From Methanobacteriota archaeon (GTDB taxonomy: Archaea > Thermoplasmatota > Thermoplasmata > SG8-5 > JAGLSY01), in contig JAEHCQ010000001.1 of assembly GCA_020696385.1 (NCBI GenBank), positions 1 to 64,000 on the forward strand: 64,000 nt of DNA, read 5' to 3'. Below are positions 1 to 8,980 of the stretch, one piece after another; positions within the stretch are counted from its first letter, which is position 1; each line of letters begins with the position of its first letter. The notes under the pieces were generated by a model. That model saw nothing but the letters and a program-made list of their open reading frames with translations. It did no database searches and was not told where the DNA came from. Made by a program: the position numbers and the translations under genes.

Positions 1-281
1 ATCCGTGTATTGAGCAGACCGCGATATGTGAATCAATATATGCCAGCTATTCTGATGAGATAGAATATTATGATATCATATCAGGTACGGATGAGCCGGA
101 GGCCTCAGAGGCTTTCGCTGCTTATGACCCGGATGGGGAACCCCATTATGTCCCCATGACGACAGTTCTGACAAGAGGACCGGACAATACGATAATCTGG
201 CATAGCTGGGAAGGTGTTGTTAGTGAACCCGTTCTCAGTGAATGGATAGATGATGCTCTATCATACCATGAGAAATATTAG
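1..281 (+). CDS. 5'-truncated thioredoxin-fold protein (C-terminal part)
   Basis: Manual translation of frame 3: PCIEQTAICESIY...HYVPMTTVL...WIDDALSYHEKY*, TAG at 279-281. The leading PC fits the end of a CxPC motif and YVP fits the cis-Pro region. It lies upstream of a CcdA fusion. Confidence 0.55.
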   Translation, partial: PCIEQTAICESIYASYSDEIEYYDIISGTDEPEASEAFAAYDPDGEPHYVPMTTVLTRGPDNTIIWHSWEGVVSEPVLSEWIDDALSYHEKY

Positions 282-305
282 TAAATATTAGTAAAAATAA
301 AGGAG

Positions 306-1784
306 GTGATAATGGTGAAAGATCAAAAATCCAATGACAAGAGATCTATTATCCTACTCGCGATCATCACATTCACATTACTGGCCTCCGCCATATTGAT
401 TGGTTTTTATGACCCGGATAACGGGGCTGATATCAAGCCAGCCCCGAACTTCACCGCCACGGATCATATGAACAGGACATTCAGCCTTGGCGATAATACT
501 GGCAAGGTGACTGTACTTCACATAAATCAATTGGAAAGCCCTCTCTGCCTGGAATGCGAGGAGCAGATGAGGGGGCAGATCGAAGAGCTGGAATTACTGG
601 CTGCTGATAATGATACGGATATCAGCATAATCACCCTGAACATCAGAAAGAACGAATATTCAGCCGATGGCTGGCAACTGATGTACGATTGGTACGGCAC
701 CAATATCACCTGGAATTGGGTGGAGGAACACGAGCCGTACACGATAGCCAGCCAGTATCAGGAATACTGGGAGGTGGACAGCAGTTTCGCGAATCCCAGC
801 TTGATACTTATCGATCATGATCTCAATGTAGTAGGGGTCTATCATGTATATTGCCTGGGAACTGGAGAGCTGGATGGTGTCCAGACCCATGATTCATTGG
901 CGCAGGATGTGGAGGACATACTGGCCGGAGATTGGGGTGATGACTTCAGGGGCGATATTTCCACAGGGGTCAGCCTTGGAAGCATGCTTCTTCTCGGCAT
1001 AGCCACATCCTTCTCTCCATGCTCGATATTATTACTGCTGACCATGATATCCTATATCGGAGCCCAAAAGGATGAGGAGAATGAGGGCGGAGATGAGGGA
1101 AAAGATGGGGAGAATGAAACAACTGGCCTGGATTGGAAAAAAGGATTGTGGATGGGGATATCATTCACACTGGGCACAACCCTTGTATTCCTCATATTCG
1201 GATTCCTCATATCCTATATCGGATTATTCATAGAGATGTCCAGCACCTTTTATCTGGTTGCTGGCTCCATACTCGTGATACTGGGCATAAATGCCATCAA
1301 GCCCCTCAGTGGATTATTGGATATTATGAAGTCGAATAACACTGGCCGTGAAGAGGCTGGTGATTCAGAGGCCTCTGAATCAAATGGTACCGATTCCTCC
1401 GAAACCAATGATACAGGCATCAAGTTCGGAGCAGGATTCATAGAAAGATTGAGCAAGCGTTCGGTCAATCTCGCTTCCTTCTTCCTGGGCATCATATTCT
1501 CTATAGGCTGGGCGCCATGCGCGATATCCCTGGTATTTCCAGTGATGGTGCTGATGCTGGCCCAGGATATTTCCATATTAACTGGCGGGATGATGATGGG
1601 CGCCTTCGGCCTCGGACACGGACTTGTGATAATCCCATTCACTGTCGCCAGCAGTGAATTGAAAGGAAAGCTGGGCAATAGGTACATCAATGCAGGAAGA
1701 TGGATCCAGCCTTTGTTCGGGCTGGCCATAATAGCCATTGGGATAATATTCGCCATCAGGTATTTTGGAATTGAGATCTGGTAG
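306..1784 (+). CDS. Redoxin/thioredoxin-like domain fused to a CcdA/DsbD-type transmembrane disulfide reductase
   Basis: N-terminal TM, APNFT..D redoxin start and CLEC motif, then about 6 TMs with SFSPCS and GWAPCA motifs. SD AGGAGGTG at the start. Confidence 0.8.
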   Translation: MIMVKDQKSNDKRSIILLAIITFTLLASAILIGFYDPDNGADIKPAPNFTATDHMNRTFSLGDNTGKVTVLHINQLESPLCLECEEQMRGQIEELELLAADNDTDISIITLNIRKNEYSADGWQLMYDWYGTNITWNWVEEHEPYTIASQYQEYWEVDSSFANPSLILIDHDLNVVGVYHVYCLGTGELDGVQTHDSLAQDVEDILAGDWGDDFRGDISTGVSLGSMLLLGIATSFSPCSILLLLTMISYIGAQKDEENEGGDEGKDGENETTGLDWKKGLWMGISFTLGTTLVFLIFGFLISYIGLFIEMSSTFYLVAGSILVILGINAIKPLSGLLDIMKSNNTGREEAGDSEASESNGTDSSETNDTGIKFGAGFIERLSKRSVNLASFFLGIIFSIGWAPCAISLVFPVMVLMLAQDISILTGGMMMGAFGLGHGLVIIPFTVASSELKGKLGNRYINAGRWIQPLFGLAIIAIGIIFAIRYFGIEIW

Positions 1785-1795
1785 TGGTTAAATCA

Positions 1796-2794
1796 CTACC
1801 AAATCCCATCTCCGAACCAGCCCCTGGCCTCCATGTCATATTTCTTGGCCAGTATCTTACCTTTATCATGTGAATCCACCAGACCCAAGCTCTTCGCCAC
1901 GGGTATGTCCGGAATTCCCCATTTATTATTGTTACCGTATAATGCCAGATACTTCGGCAGAAGCTCGGGATAATGCTTTTCCATGGTCTTCATGAAGGCA
2001 TCCTTCTGCCGCCCTGGTTTCAGTGTCAGGCCGCCAGCCAGCATCCATTCCACACCCGCTTCCTTGGCTCGACGGAATATCGCATCCATGTTCTCATCCG
2101 TATCCGCTATCCAGGGTATGAGGGGCATGGCCCAGATGCCGGTGTGAATTCCGGCATCTGCCAGTTTAGCCAGTGTTTCAAAACGCTCTGTCGTGCTGCT
2201 GGCATTGGGCTCGAATATCTTTTGGATATCATCCGAGTCAAAAGCGATGCTCATTGCCACCGTGGCCTTGCTGGATTCATTTATTTTAACCAGCAGGTCC
2301 AGATCCCTCAGAATGAGCTTATTCTTAGTAAGTATGAAGACCTGGAGATCGTAATCCAGGGCCAACTGGAGAAGACGGCGGGTCATCTTCACCTCTTTCT
2401 CGGCTGGCTGGTACACGTCACATACTCCTCCTCCAATGCACACCGTGAAGTCCGGTTTGCTATCAATATCCTGCTTCATATCTTCTGAAAAATCCAGAAG
2501 GGTGCCAGTGTGCTTGCGTTTGATGGGAATAAGACCTTTCTTTTTCAGATAGGCCTCAAGAAGCTGTGGTGTGTTTTGCTTGACCTTGATGCGCGTGCCA
2601 AAGTCCTCGTGCATGTGGTAATTCTCCGCCTTGCCATCACAATAAACGCAATCATGCCAGCATCCCTGGTATGGGTTCAGATTGATATTGCCTGACTTCT
2701 TCTGCTCGCGCACTACTGTTTTAGCATCGTAGTACTCGATCTGAAAGGTATCCGCATCTCCATCCGGGAAATATGACTGGCCTGTGTCGGTCAT
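1796..2794 (-). CDS. Radical SAM protein, SPL/Rv2578c-like
   Basis: NPYQGCWHDCVYCD (CxxxCxxC), DVYQPAE, ILTK, EPNASS..ERF. Start moved to ATG 2794 (track gives 2881). Confidence 0.85.
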   Translation of the reverse strand: MTDTGQSYFPDGDADTFQIEYYDAKTVVREQKKSGNINLNPYQGCWHDCVYCDGKAENYHMHEDFGTRIKVKQNTPQLLEAYLKKKGLIPIKRKHTGTLLDFSEDMKQDIDSKPDFTVCIGGGVCDVYQPAEKEVKMTRRLLQLALDYDLQVFILTKNKLILRDLDLLVKINESSKATVAMSIAFDSDDIQKIFEPNASSTTERFETLAKLADAGIHTGIWAMPLIPWIADTDENMDAIFRRAKEAGVEWMLAGGLTLKPGRQKDAFMKTMEKHYPELLPKYLALYGNNNKWGIPDIPVAKSLGLVDSHDKGKILAKKYDMEARGWFGDGIW

Positions 2795-2946
2795 TGTATT
2801 GAAATGACCGCCAATATCTATAACACTTTCGACAGGGTGTGCGAAAGTGTTTCCCGTGTTCTTAATGGCATAATTACCCACTTACTGAACACTTTTGCTC
2901 ACTTCGGTTAAGTCTTTTGACCACTAATATTGTAATTAGTGATAAG

Positions 2947-4383
2947 ATGACAGATGACGGAAATTCAAATCAGATAAAAGAACAGGCAGGAAGAAAGAAT
3001 GGCGGCATGAGGACATTCACAGTGGTCTGGACTGGCCAATTCGTCTCCATGCTGGGAAGCGCGATGGTAGGCTTCGCACTTGCAATTTGGGCATGGCTAT
3101 TGACAGGACAGGCGACCGCATTGGCCCTGGTCGCCTTCTTCTCCTTCGCCCCTACAATATTGATGAGCCCGATAGCCGGAGCACTTGTTGACAGGTGGAA
3201 CCGCAAAAAGACCATGATACTCAGTGATCTGGCTGCTGGAATTGGCAGTATCGTCATACTGGCGATCTATCTTGCAGGCGGCCTTCAAATATGGCATCTA
3301 TGCGCTGTCGGAGCCTTCTCGGGAATATTTCAATCATTCCAGTTCCCAGCTTATTCTGCCGCGATCACAACCATGGTTGACAAAAAGCACTATGCCAGAA
3401 CAAATTCCATGATGGCAATGGCCGGCTCAGCTTCAATAATCATCGCACCCATGCTGGCCGCCTTCCTGCTCGGACCGATCGGAATAGGCGGAATATTGGT
3501 GCTGGACATCATCACATTCACATATGCAATCTTAGTGATCCTTATGGTTGACATACCACAGCCAGCAGAGTCAAAGGATGGGAAGGAAAGCAAGGGCAGC
3601 CTGTGGAAGGAATCCCTGTATGGCTTCAAGTACATCCGCGAGAGGCCCAGTTTATTCAGCCTGCTCATAATATTCTTCCTATTCAATCTTGTCGCCACTG
3701 CTGGCCAGACAGTTCTCGCCCCCATGCTACTCGCGAGGACAGCCAATAATGAAATGATACTCGGTTCGGTCATGTCGATCTTTGGAATAGGAGGTATCGT
3801 GGGGGGACTGGTCATAACAGCATGGGGAGGTCCGAAGAGGAAGATACACGGCATATTGCTCGGCATGGCCGCAGGCAGTATCATGGGGATCACCTTCCTC
3901 GGACTTGGCCAGTCGATGTATGTCTGGGCAGCTGGAGCCTTTTTTGCAGCGGCTCTATTTCCACTAATAGGGAGCTCGAGCCAGGCTATCTGGCAGTCCA
4001 AGGTCGCGCCAGATGTTCAGGGGAGGGTCTTCGCAGCCAGAAGGATGATCGCCCAGGTATGTGTACCAGTCTCGATGCTGATATCCGGACCATTGGCAGA
4101 TAAGGTCTTTGAGCCAGCCATGATGGATGGTGGAAGCCTCTCTGGAGCATTTGGATGGCTGGTCGGAACTGGCCCGGGAGCTGGAATGGGTCTTATGCTG
4201 GTTCTTGCAGGTATTGGAAGTGCGATAATAGCACTGGCTGCTTATGGATCAAAGAATGTTAGGAACATAGAGGACATCCTGCCAGACCATGATGCAGTGC
4301 CTGAGCCAGTGCCTGAACCAATTGGCCCAGAACACCCAACTCCCGGCCCGGAATCCCCACAGCCCTCAGCATCATCAGTTTGA
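2947..4383 (+). CDS. MFS efflux transporter (MefA/DHA3-like)
   Basis: GQFVSMLGS, motif A GALVDRWNRKKTMILSD, about 12 TMs, QGRVFA, Pro-rich tail. Confidence 0.9.
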   Translation: MTDDGNSNQIKEQAGRKNGGMRTFTVVWTGQFVSMLGSAMVGFALAIWAWLLTGQATALALVAFFSFAPTILMSPIAGALVDRWNRKKTMILSDLAAGIGSIVILAIYLAGGLQIWHLCAVGAFSGIFQSFQFPAYSAAITTMVDKKHYARTNSMMAMAGSASIIIAPMLAAFLLGPIGIGGILVLDIITFTYAILVILMVDIPQPAESKDGKESKGSLWKESLYGFKYIRERPSLFSLLIIFFLFNLVATAGQTVLAPMLLARTANNEMILGSVMSIFGIGGIVGGLVITAWGGPKRKIHGILLGMAAGSIMGITFLGLGQSMYVWAAGAFFAAALFPLIGSSSQAIWQSKVAPDVQGRVFAARRMIAQVCVPVSMLISGPLADKVFEPAMMDGGSLSGAFGWLVGTGPGAGMGLMLVLAGIGSAIIALAAYGSKNVRNIEDILPDHDAVPEPVPEPIGPEHPTPGPESPQPSASSV

Positions 4384-4392
4384 TTATTGCCC

Positions 4393-4441
4393 AGAACATG
4401 TGTAAGGCTCGAGGCTTGAAGCCGAGCCTTACACATGTTCT
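4393..4441. repeat. Perfect 19-bp inverted repeat (REP-like palindrome or terminator)
   Basis: AGAACATGTGTAAGGCTCG, 11-nt loop AGGCTTGAAGC, CGAGCCTTACACATGTTCT; just after the MFS stop. Confidence 0.85.
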
Positions 4442-4486
4442 CCCACATACCGTTATATATCTCCAAGGCAATTATGACCTGTAACT

Positions 4487-5068
4487 ATGTCAGAATATCT
4501 TATCATAGACATCGAGACCGCGGATCTCGAATTCGAAGACCAGGAGGTGCAGAGATACCTACTGGAGAAGAATATAATCCCAGCACTGCATCCGTACTTT
4601 TCCAGAATTGTCGCGATAGGTGTCAAGCCAGCGGGTCGGGATGCCATCATCCTTCATGGGGATGATGAGGCCGAGATATTAACCGAATTCTGGAAGCTGG
4701 TCAAGGGCAATCAGATGGCGAAAATAGTCACATTCAATGGCTATGGATTCGACATTCCTTTCATAAATGCCAGGAGTGTGTTAAATGGTATTTCTCCAGG
4801 TACTGGTATCAATCTGAACAAGTGGAACATGGGCAGATCCAATCACTTCGACATCATGCAGGCGATGTCAATGACAGGCAACTTCAAATGGGTGTCACTT
4901 GAGATGACAGCCAGAGTTTTAGGGGTGCTAGTACCGGCAGACACCATCCCGTCTGCCGACATGCCCAAGCTATTCAAGGAAGGTGACTGGGCCAGCATTG
5001 TGAAGCACAATAAGCACGACCTTGAGATGACCGAGGCGATATATCTCAAGATCAAGGATATGTTTTGA
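4487..5068 (+). CDS. Stand-alone DEDD 3'-5' exonuclease (PolB-exo/RNase H-like)
   Basis: ExoI IIDIET, ExoII TFNGYGFDIPFI, ExoIII HNKHDL. Confidence 0.85.
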   Translation: MSEYLIIDIETADLEFEDQEVQRYLLEKNIIPALHPYFSRIVAIGVKPAGRDAIILHGDDEAEILTEFWKLVKGNQMAKIVTFNGYGFDIPFINARSVLNGISPGTGINLNKWNMGRSNHFDIMQAMSMTGNFKWVSLEMTARVLGVLVPADTIPSADMPKLFKEGDWASIVKHNKHDLEMTEAIYLKIKDMF

Positions 5069-5071
5069 GTT

Positions 5072-5186
5072 GGAGAGTTTGTAGAGTTGAGAGTTTATAG
5101 AGTTTTTGCTTAACTGGGTGTGGAGGTATTAATTACAAACTCCACAAACTCTATAAACTCCACAAACTCTATAAACTCCACAAACT
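5072..5186. repeat. Inverted pair of 9-bp tandem repeat tracts
   Basis: AGAGTTTRT-type units at about 5072-5106 face complementary AYAAACTCY units (about 6) at 5135-5186. Confidence 0.75.
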
Positions 5187-5221
5187 TTATTTTATACTCC
5201 ACCATTAGGATAATCGATAAT

Positions 5222-6169
5222 ATGACGATAGAGTACCGACACCCGACGGTCGATGATATCGAGATCATGACCGATATAGCTAACAGATCAAGCAGAGAGT
5301 TACCGCTCCACAGGGACGAGACTGTGGAGGAGATGAGATGCTGGACCTTCGAGGAGGAGGATTATGATCCGAAGGGTTACTTACTGGCCTTTGTAGATGG
5401 GGAACCCGCAGGTTACGGCGGGACGATGATATCCAAATCACGCCAGGAATCTGGAATGAACGATGCCTTTGTTGGTGTTGGAGTTGTGCCAGAGCATCGG
5501 GACAAGGGCATTGAGCAGCATATTGTCAAGCATGGTATTCAGTTCATGAAAGAGAAGGGCGTGAAGCATGCCAAAAGATGGTGCATGAACACATCCGGCT
5601 GGAGGCATGATCTTAGCCTGGAATTCGGCATGAAGGATGTCCGTCATGGCTACACCATGATATATGACCAGAACGTGCCGCCCCCGGAGGCCCCAATACC
5701 CGAGACCATGATATTCGAGCATATAGATTTCAAGACAGCCAGTGATGAAGTTATCAAGGATTTTGTCGAAGGCTTCAATGATTCATTTGTCGATCACTAT
5801 AATTTTTCAGCTGTGCCTGTTAAGAGATTCATCAAGGCTCGCGATGTAGACCGCGAGCCCATGCGCATCACCTTTGCGAAGGAAGGGGATAAGATCGCGG
5901 CTGTTCTGCTCGTGGAGGATTCAGTAGTTTATAATGAGGAGAACGGCACGAATGTCGGCTGGGCCAATATCCTGGGTGTTCGCAAGGAATTCAGAAAGAG
6001 AGGTATTGGACGCGCCCTGCTTTCAGATGGCATGAAGTGGATACTGGATCTGGGCCGAGATACCGTCTACCTTGGCATGGACGCGGAGAATGCCAAGGCA
6101 CTGGATCTGTACAAATCACTGGGTTTCAGAGTTGACGAGGAAAGCATCACGTACCAGCTTGATCTGTGA
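5222..6169 (+). CDS. Tandem GNAT acetyltransferase
   Basis: Two acetyl-CoA motifs (VVPEHRDKGI; LGVRKEFRKRGIGRALL) and N..ALDLYKSLGF. Start ATG 5222. Confidence 0.9.
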   Translation: MTIEYRHPTVDDIEIMTDIANRSSRELPLHRDETVEEMRCWTFEEEDYDPKGYLLAFVDGEPAGYGGTMISKSRQESGMNDAFVGVGVVPEHRDKGIEQHIVKHGIQFMKEKGVKHAKRWCMNTSGWRHDLSLEFGMKDVRHGYTMIYDQNVPPPEAPIPETMIFEHIDFKTASDEVIKDFVEGFNDSFVDHYNFSAVPVKRFIKARDVDREPMRITFAKEGDKIAAVLLVEDSVVYNEENGTNVGWANILGVRKEFRKRGIGRALLSDGMKWILDLGRDTVYLGMDAENAKALDLYKSLGFRVDEESITYQLDL

Positions 6170-6320
6170 GAACTATCAGGCCCCAAAGGACCTGAATGTT
6201 CACATCCATAGGCCATAAGCTCAATACTCGAAGCTTATAATTGGCTTCGAGTTTATTCAAATTGTTATTGATGAGCTTACGGCAACCGACTATTCCTACA
6301 TAACACAAAATCAGCTCTAA
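6166..6320. other. Structured intergenic element, family 2 copy 1 (homolog of 13843-13988, opposite orientation)
   Basis: Hairpin CTCGAAGC-N9-GCTTCGAG (6227-6251) enclosed by GCTCAAT...ATTGATGAGC. Several exact blocks are shared with the reverse complement of 13843-13988. Confidence 0.65.
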
Positions 6321-6388
6321 TGTACATTTCTATACATTAGAGAATATTTATATACTACATCGTTCTCCTTGCCCTTCAAGGTGACAAT

Positions 6389-6889
6389 ATGTGGGATATA
6401 GTGAAAGTGAAATTCGAGAACTATCCAGCGCAGGAAAAGATAGCTGAAAAGCTGATGGAGCACGGCATATCCGTGAAGAATGGCCTTCTGTATTCGGGGG
6501 ACATCTACATGCCAGGCACGGCCTTGGCAAAGGCAACTGGTACAGATCGCAGAGTTGTATTATCGACAATACAGACCATCATGCACGACCCTGAACTGGA
6601 GAATATATTTGCCAATATTCGCCCTATCTGCTCTTTCAAGGATGTGGCACCCAGCATGAAATGGGGAGTGCTCGAAATACAGCCAGAGGATGTTGCTAGA
6701 CCTGGAATTGTGGCGGATGTGACGCAGATACTGGCCAGGGAGAACATCAGCCTGAGGCAGATCATCGCAGATGATCCGGGCATACACAAGAAGCCGAAGG
6801 CTTTCTTCATATCCGAGAAGCCGATACCAGCGAAGCTCCTTCCGATGATAAAGGAGCTGGATGGAGTGCGAGGGGTTTCGATCTACTAA
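6389..6889 (+). CDS. Archaeal ACT-domain regulator of amino acid metabolism (COG2150-like)
   Basis: N-terminal FENYPAQ..DRRVV HTH-like region and C-terminal ACT (PGIVADVT..ISLRQIIADDP). Confidence 0.85.
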   Translation: MWDIVKVKFENYPAQEKIAEKLMEHGISVKNGLLYSGDIYMPGTALAKATGTDRRVVLSTIQTIMHDPELENIFANIRPICSFKDVAPSMKWGVLEIQPEDVARPGIVADVTQILARENISLRQIIADDPGIHKKPKAFFISEKPIPAKLLPMIKELDGVRGVSIY

Positions 6890-6922
6890 TAAACCAGCAA
6901 GCCAGCCACCACCAGGAAAATT

Positions 6923-7040
6923 GGGGTCATGCCCCGTCTGGAGAATTCATTGAGAATTCATTAGGGCGGGGTCGGTGACTGCATAGAGTGCTCTGATATT
7001 CGAAGCCCCGTCCCGAGTGACGCAGGGTCGGGGAGGTCAA
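6923..7040. mobile_element. Two tandem IS200/IS605-end-like hairpins (non-autonomous remnant, no transposase)
   Basis: CATGCCCCGTC...GGGCGGGGTCGGTGAC and GAAGCCCCGTCCC...GGGTCGGGGAGGTCAA: a tetranucleotide, a GC hairpin, then TGAC/TCAA, as in Y1-transposase ends. Confidence 0.5.
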
Positions 7041-7139
7041 TCTTTCTGAAACCCGAAGTACGTGAGAAGAGAGAATATCTAAGCCAAAGATTTATTAGCT
7101 GATAACTTGATTCTTACGTGAGGGAATCGGGGAAGTAAA

Positions 7140-7457
7140 ATGATGGATATGGAAGACTTCAAAGTGATCTTCCGGCGCTTGATCTTGCTAGGTCTGGTCG
7201 GAACTATCATCTCAGCTATTGTATTTGTCATTGTGCAGGATCAGATCTGGCTGATAGGTGGTCTGCTCCTGAGCTGGTCCATGCTGGCAGGATTTCTCAT
7301 ATTTTCCATATATTATGCTGTTTTTGGAGATTCAGGTCTACTTGTCACGAGTGAAACTTACAAAGCCTGGTTTGGGAAGGCAGAAAGAAAAAATAATAAT
7401 ATTGCTCAGAAAAGTGAGGCAATGAACAAGAGAAGGCGCCAGCGCCCGAGGATGTAA
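7140..7457 (+). CDS. Hypothetical 2-TM membrane protein
   Basis: Two hydrophobic segments and a basic tail; abuts the next gene. Confidence 0.6.
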   Translation: MMDMEDFKVIFRRLILLGLVGTIISAIVFVIVQDQIWLIGGLLLSWSMLAGFLIFSIYYAVFGDSGLLVTSETYKAWFGKAERKNNNIAQKSEAMNKRRRQRPRM

Positions 7458-7814
7458 ATGAATAATAATGATATTAGAAAATGGTTATTATCTGGATTTG
7501 TTTTGATCTTCATAGCATGGCTTTTGGGATTTGCAACCCATCCATTTGGGGGGATTCTGGGATTATTGTCATTTTTCATTGGGTTATTCCTAACTGGAGT
7601 AGCAATATGGAATATATTCTCAGGATTTTCTAAAACACTTTTTATTATTGGATTATTTCTGGGTTTTGTGGGAATGATCTCCGCGATGATCAATACCCCG
7701 GCCTCAGAACTTCTGGGTGGATTCCTAATTGGTGGAGGGTTAATCCTGATATTTATCTCGATAAGTGTGAACTGGAATCAACTTGTTAATATTTTCAAGG
7801 GAGAGTTTGATTGA
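7458..7814 (+). CDS. Hypothetical 4-TM membrane protein (AT-rich)
   Basis: Gly/Phe/Leu-rich helices; ATG follows the upstream TAA directly. Confidence 0.6.
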   Translation: MNNNDIRKWLLSGFVLIFIAWLLGFATHPFGGILGLLSFFIGLFLTGVAIWNIFSGFSKTLFIIGLFLGFVGMISAMINTPASELLGGFLIGGGLILIFISISVNWNQLVNIFKGEFD

Positions 7815-7868
7815 TATAATACCATCATAAACATTTTATCCGTCCAGCCTATTTCCACCCCTGATAAC

Positions 7869-8651
7869 ATGACCCTAAAGATCGGAATAATCGGCGGCAG
7901 TGGAATTGCAGATGCAGGTTTCTTCACAGAAGTGGAGAGAATAGACTTGGACACACCATATGGGAAACCATCTGGCTCGTATATCAAGGGCGAGTACGAG
8001 GGCGTTGAAATATACTTCCTCAATCGGCACGGAGCCGGCCACACCATTCCCCCGCACAAGGTCAATTACAGGGCGAATATCTGGGGAATGAAAGAACTGG
8101 GTGTTAGTATTCTTCTATGCCCATCAGCCGTCGGATCGCTCAAGGAAGAGTACGAGCCAGCCCAGATATGCATCACCGATCAATTCATTGATTTCACAAG
8201 AGGTCGTGAACTTACATTCTTCGACGGCCCAAAGGTGGCTCATCTTTCCATTGCAGATCCTATGTGCGGCAGTTTGAGGAAACTACTCATTGATGAATGT
8301 GAGAAGCAGAGCCTGGCACATCACAAGAAAGGAACTTATATCACGATCGCTGGACCTCGATTTTCGACAAAGGCTGAAAGCCACATGTTCCGCAATTTCG
8401 CTGATATCATCGGCATGACCCTGGTTCCCGAATGCCAGCTGGCCAGAGAGATGGGATTATGCTATGCGAATATCGCCATGATAACCGATTATGATGTATG
8501 GAAGGACAAGCCAGTCAATATCGAGGAAGTCATCAAGACCATGAAGAACAATGTTGGTAAGATACAGTCTCTTCTACAAGGTGTTATTCCGAGACTGGCT
8601 GAGTTGGATAGTTGTGATTGTGCGGCCACAGCAGTAGATTCAGAAATGTAA
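7869..8651 (+). CDS. mtnP: S-methyl-5'-thioadenosine phosphorylase
   Basis: IGIIGGSG, RHG..HTIPPHKVNYRANIW, AVGSL, GPRFST.AES, IGMT.VPE, TDYD. Confidence 0.95.
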   Translation: MTLKIGIIGGSGIADAGFFTEVERIDLDTPYGKPSGSYIKGEYEGVEIYFLNRHGAGHTIPPHKVNYRANIWGMKELGVSILLCPSAVGSLKEEYEPAQICITDQFIDFTRGRELTFFDGPKVAHLSIADPMCGSLRKLLIDECEKQSLAHHKKGTYITIAGPRFSTKAESHMFRNFADIIGMTLVPECQLAREMGLCYANIAMITDYDVWKDKPVNIEEVIKTMKNNVGKIQSLLQGVIPRLAELDSCDCAATAVDSEM

Positions 8652-8710
8652 TGCAGGCCAAAAAAGCCATCCAAGCCGAGAATTGAAGAACTGGGCAGAT
8701 ACCCCGATAT

Positions 8711-8980
8711 CTATGGGGTTCCTTCTACCGCTATCTTCGGGATCATATCATTGATCTTCCAGGCTGCTATTATGTTTCTTTTTACTACTGGCCATTTTGT
8801 GGAGTCATAAATCGCTCTTTCAAGTATCATGTCAATGAACTTAGCAACTGTCTCATCATCATAATGCTCTGGCTGGCCTCCAATGTCAGCAGCGCTCTTC
8901 TTGACAATGAACTTTCCAAGTGGACCTGCATGCTCTATGATTATCTCCTCTATCACCTGCATCTCCAATTCACTAACCAT
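8711..8980 (-). CDS. Small helical protein coupled to the HAMP protein
   Basis: 89 aa; start overlaps the HAMP gene stop, with a GGAG SD; GPLGKFIVKK..IG motif. Confidence 0.7.
   Translation of the reverse strand: MVSELEMQVIEEIIIEHAGPLGKFIVKKSAADIGGQPEHYDDETVAKFIDMILERAIYDSTKWPVVKRNIIAAWKINDMIPKIAVEGTP

Noticed and set aside
5120-5221. NSTNSINSTNSIN N-terminal extension of the GNAT ORF
   Set aside because: Translation of the intergenic 9-bp repeat; ATG 5222 is the more plausible start.
6260-6320. TGATGA as a hammerhead core or C/D box
   Set aside because: No CTGATGA with a correctly placed GAAA, and no downstream CTGA D box at suitable spacing.
6890-7080. GC-rich region as RNase P, SRP or a riboswitch
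   Set aside because: No GAGGAAAGTCC or SRP helix-8 signature on either strand that I can see; the hairpins fit IS200/IS605-type ends better.
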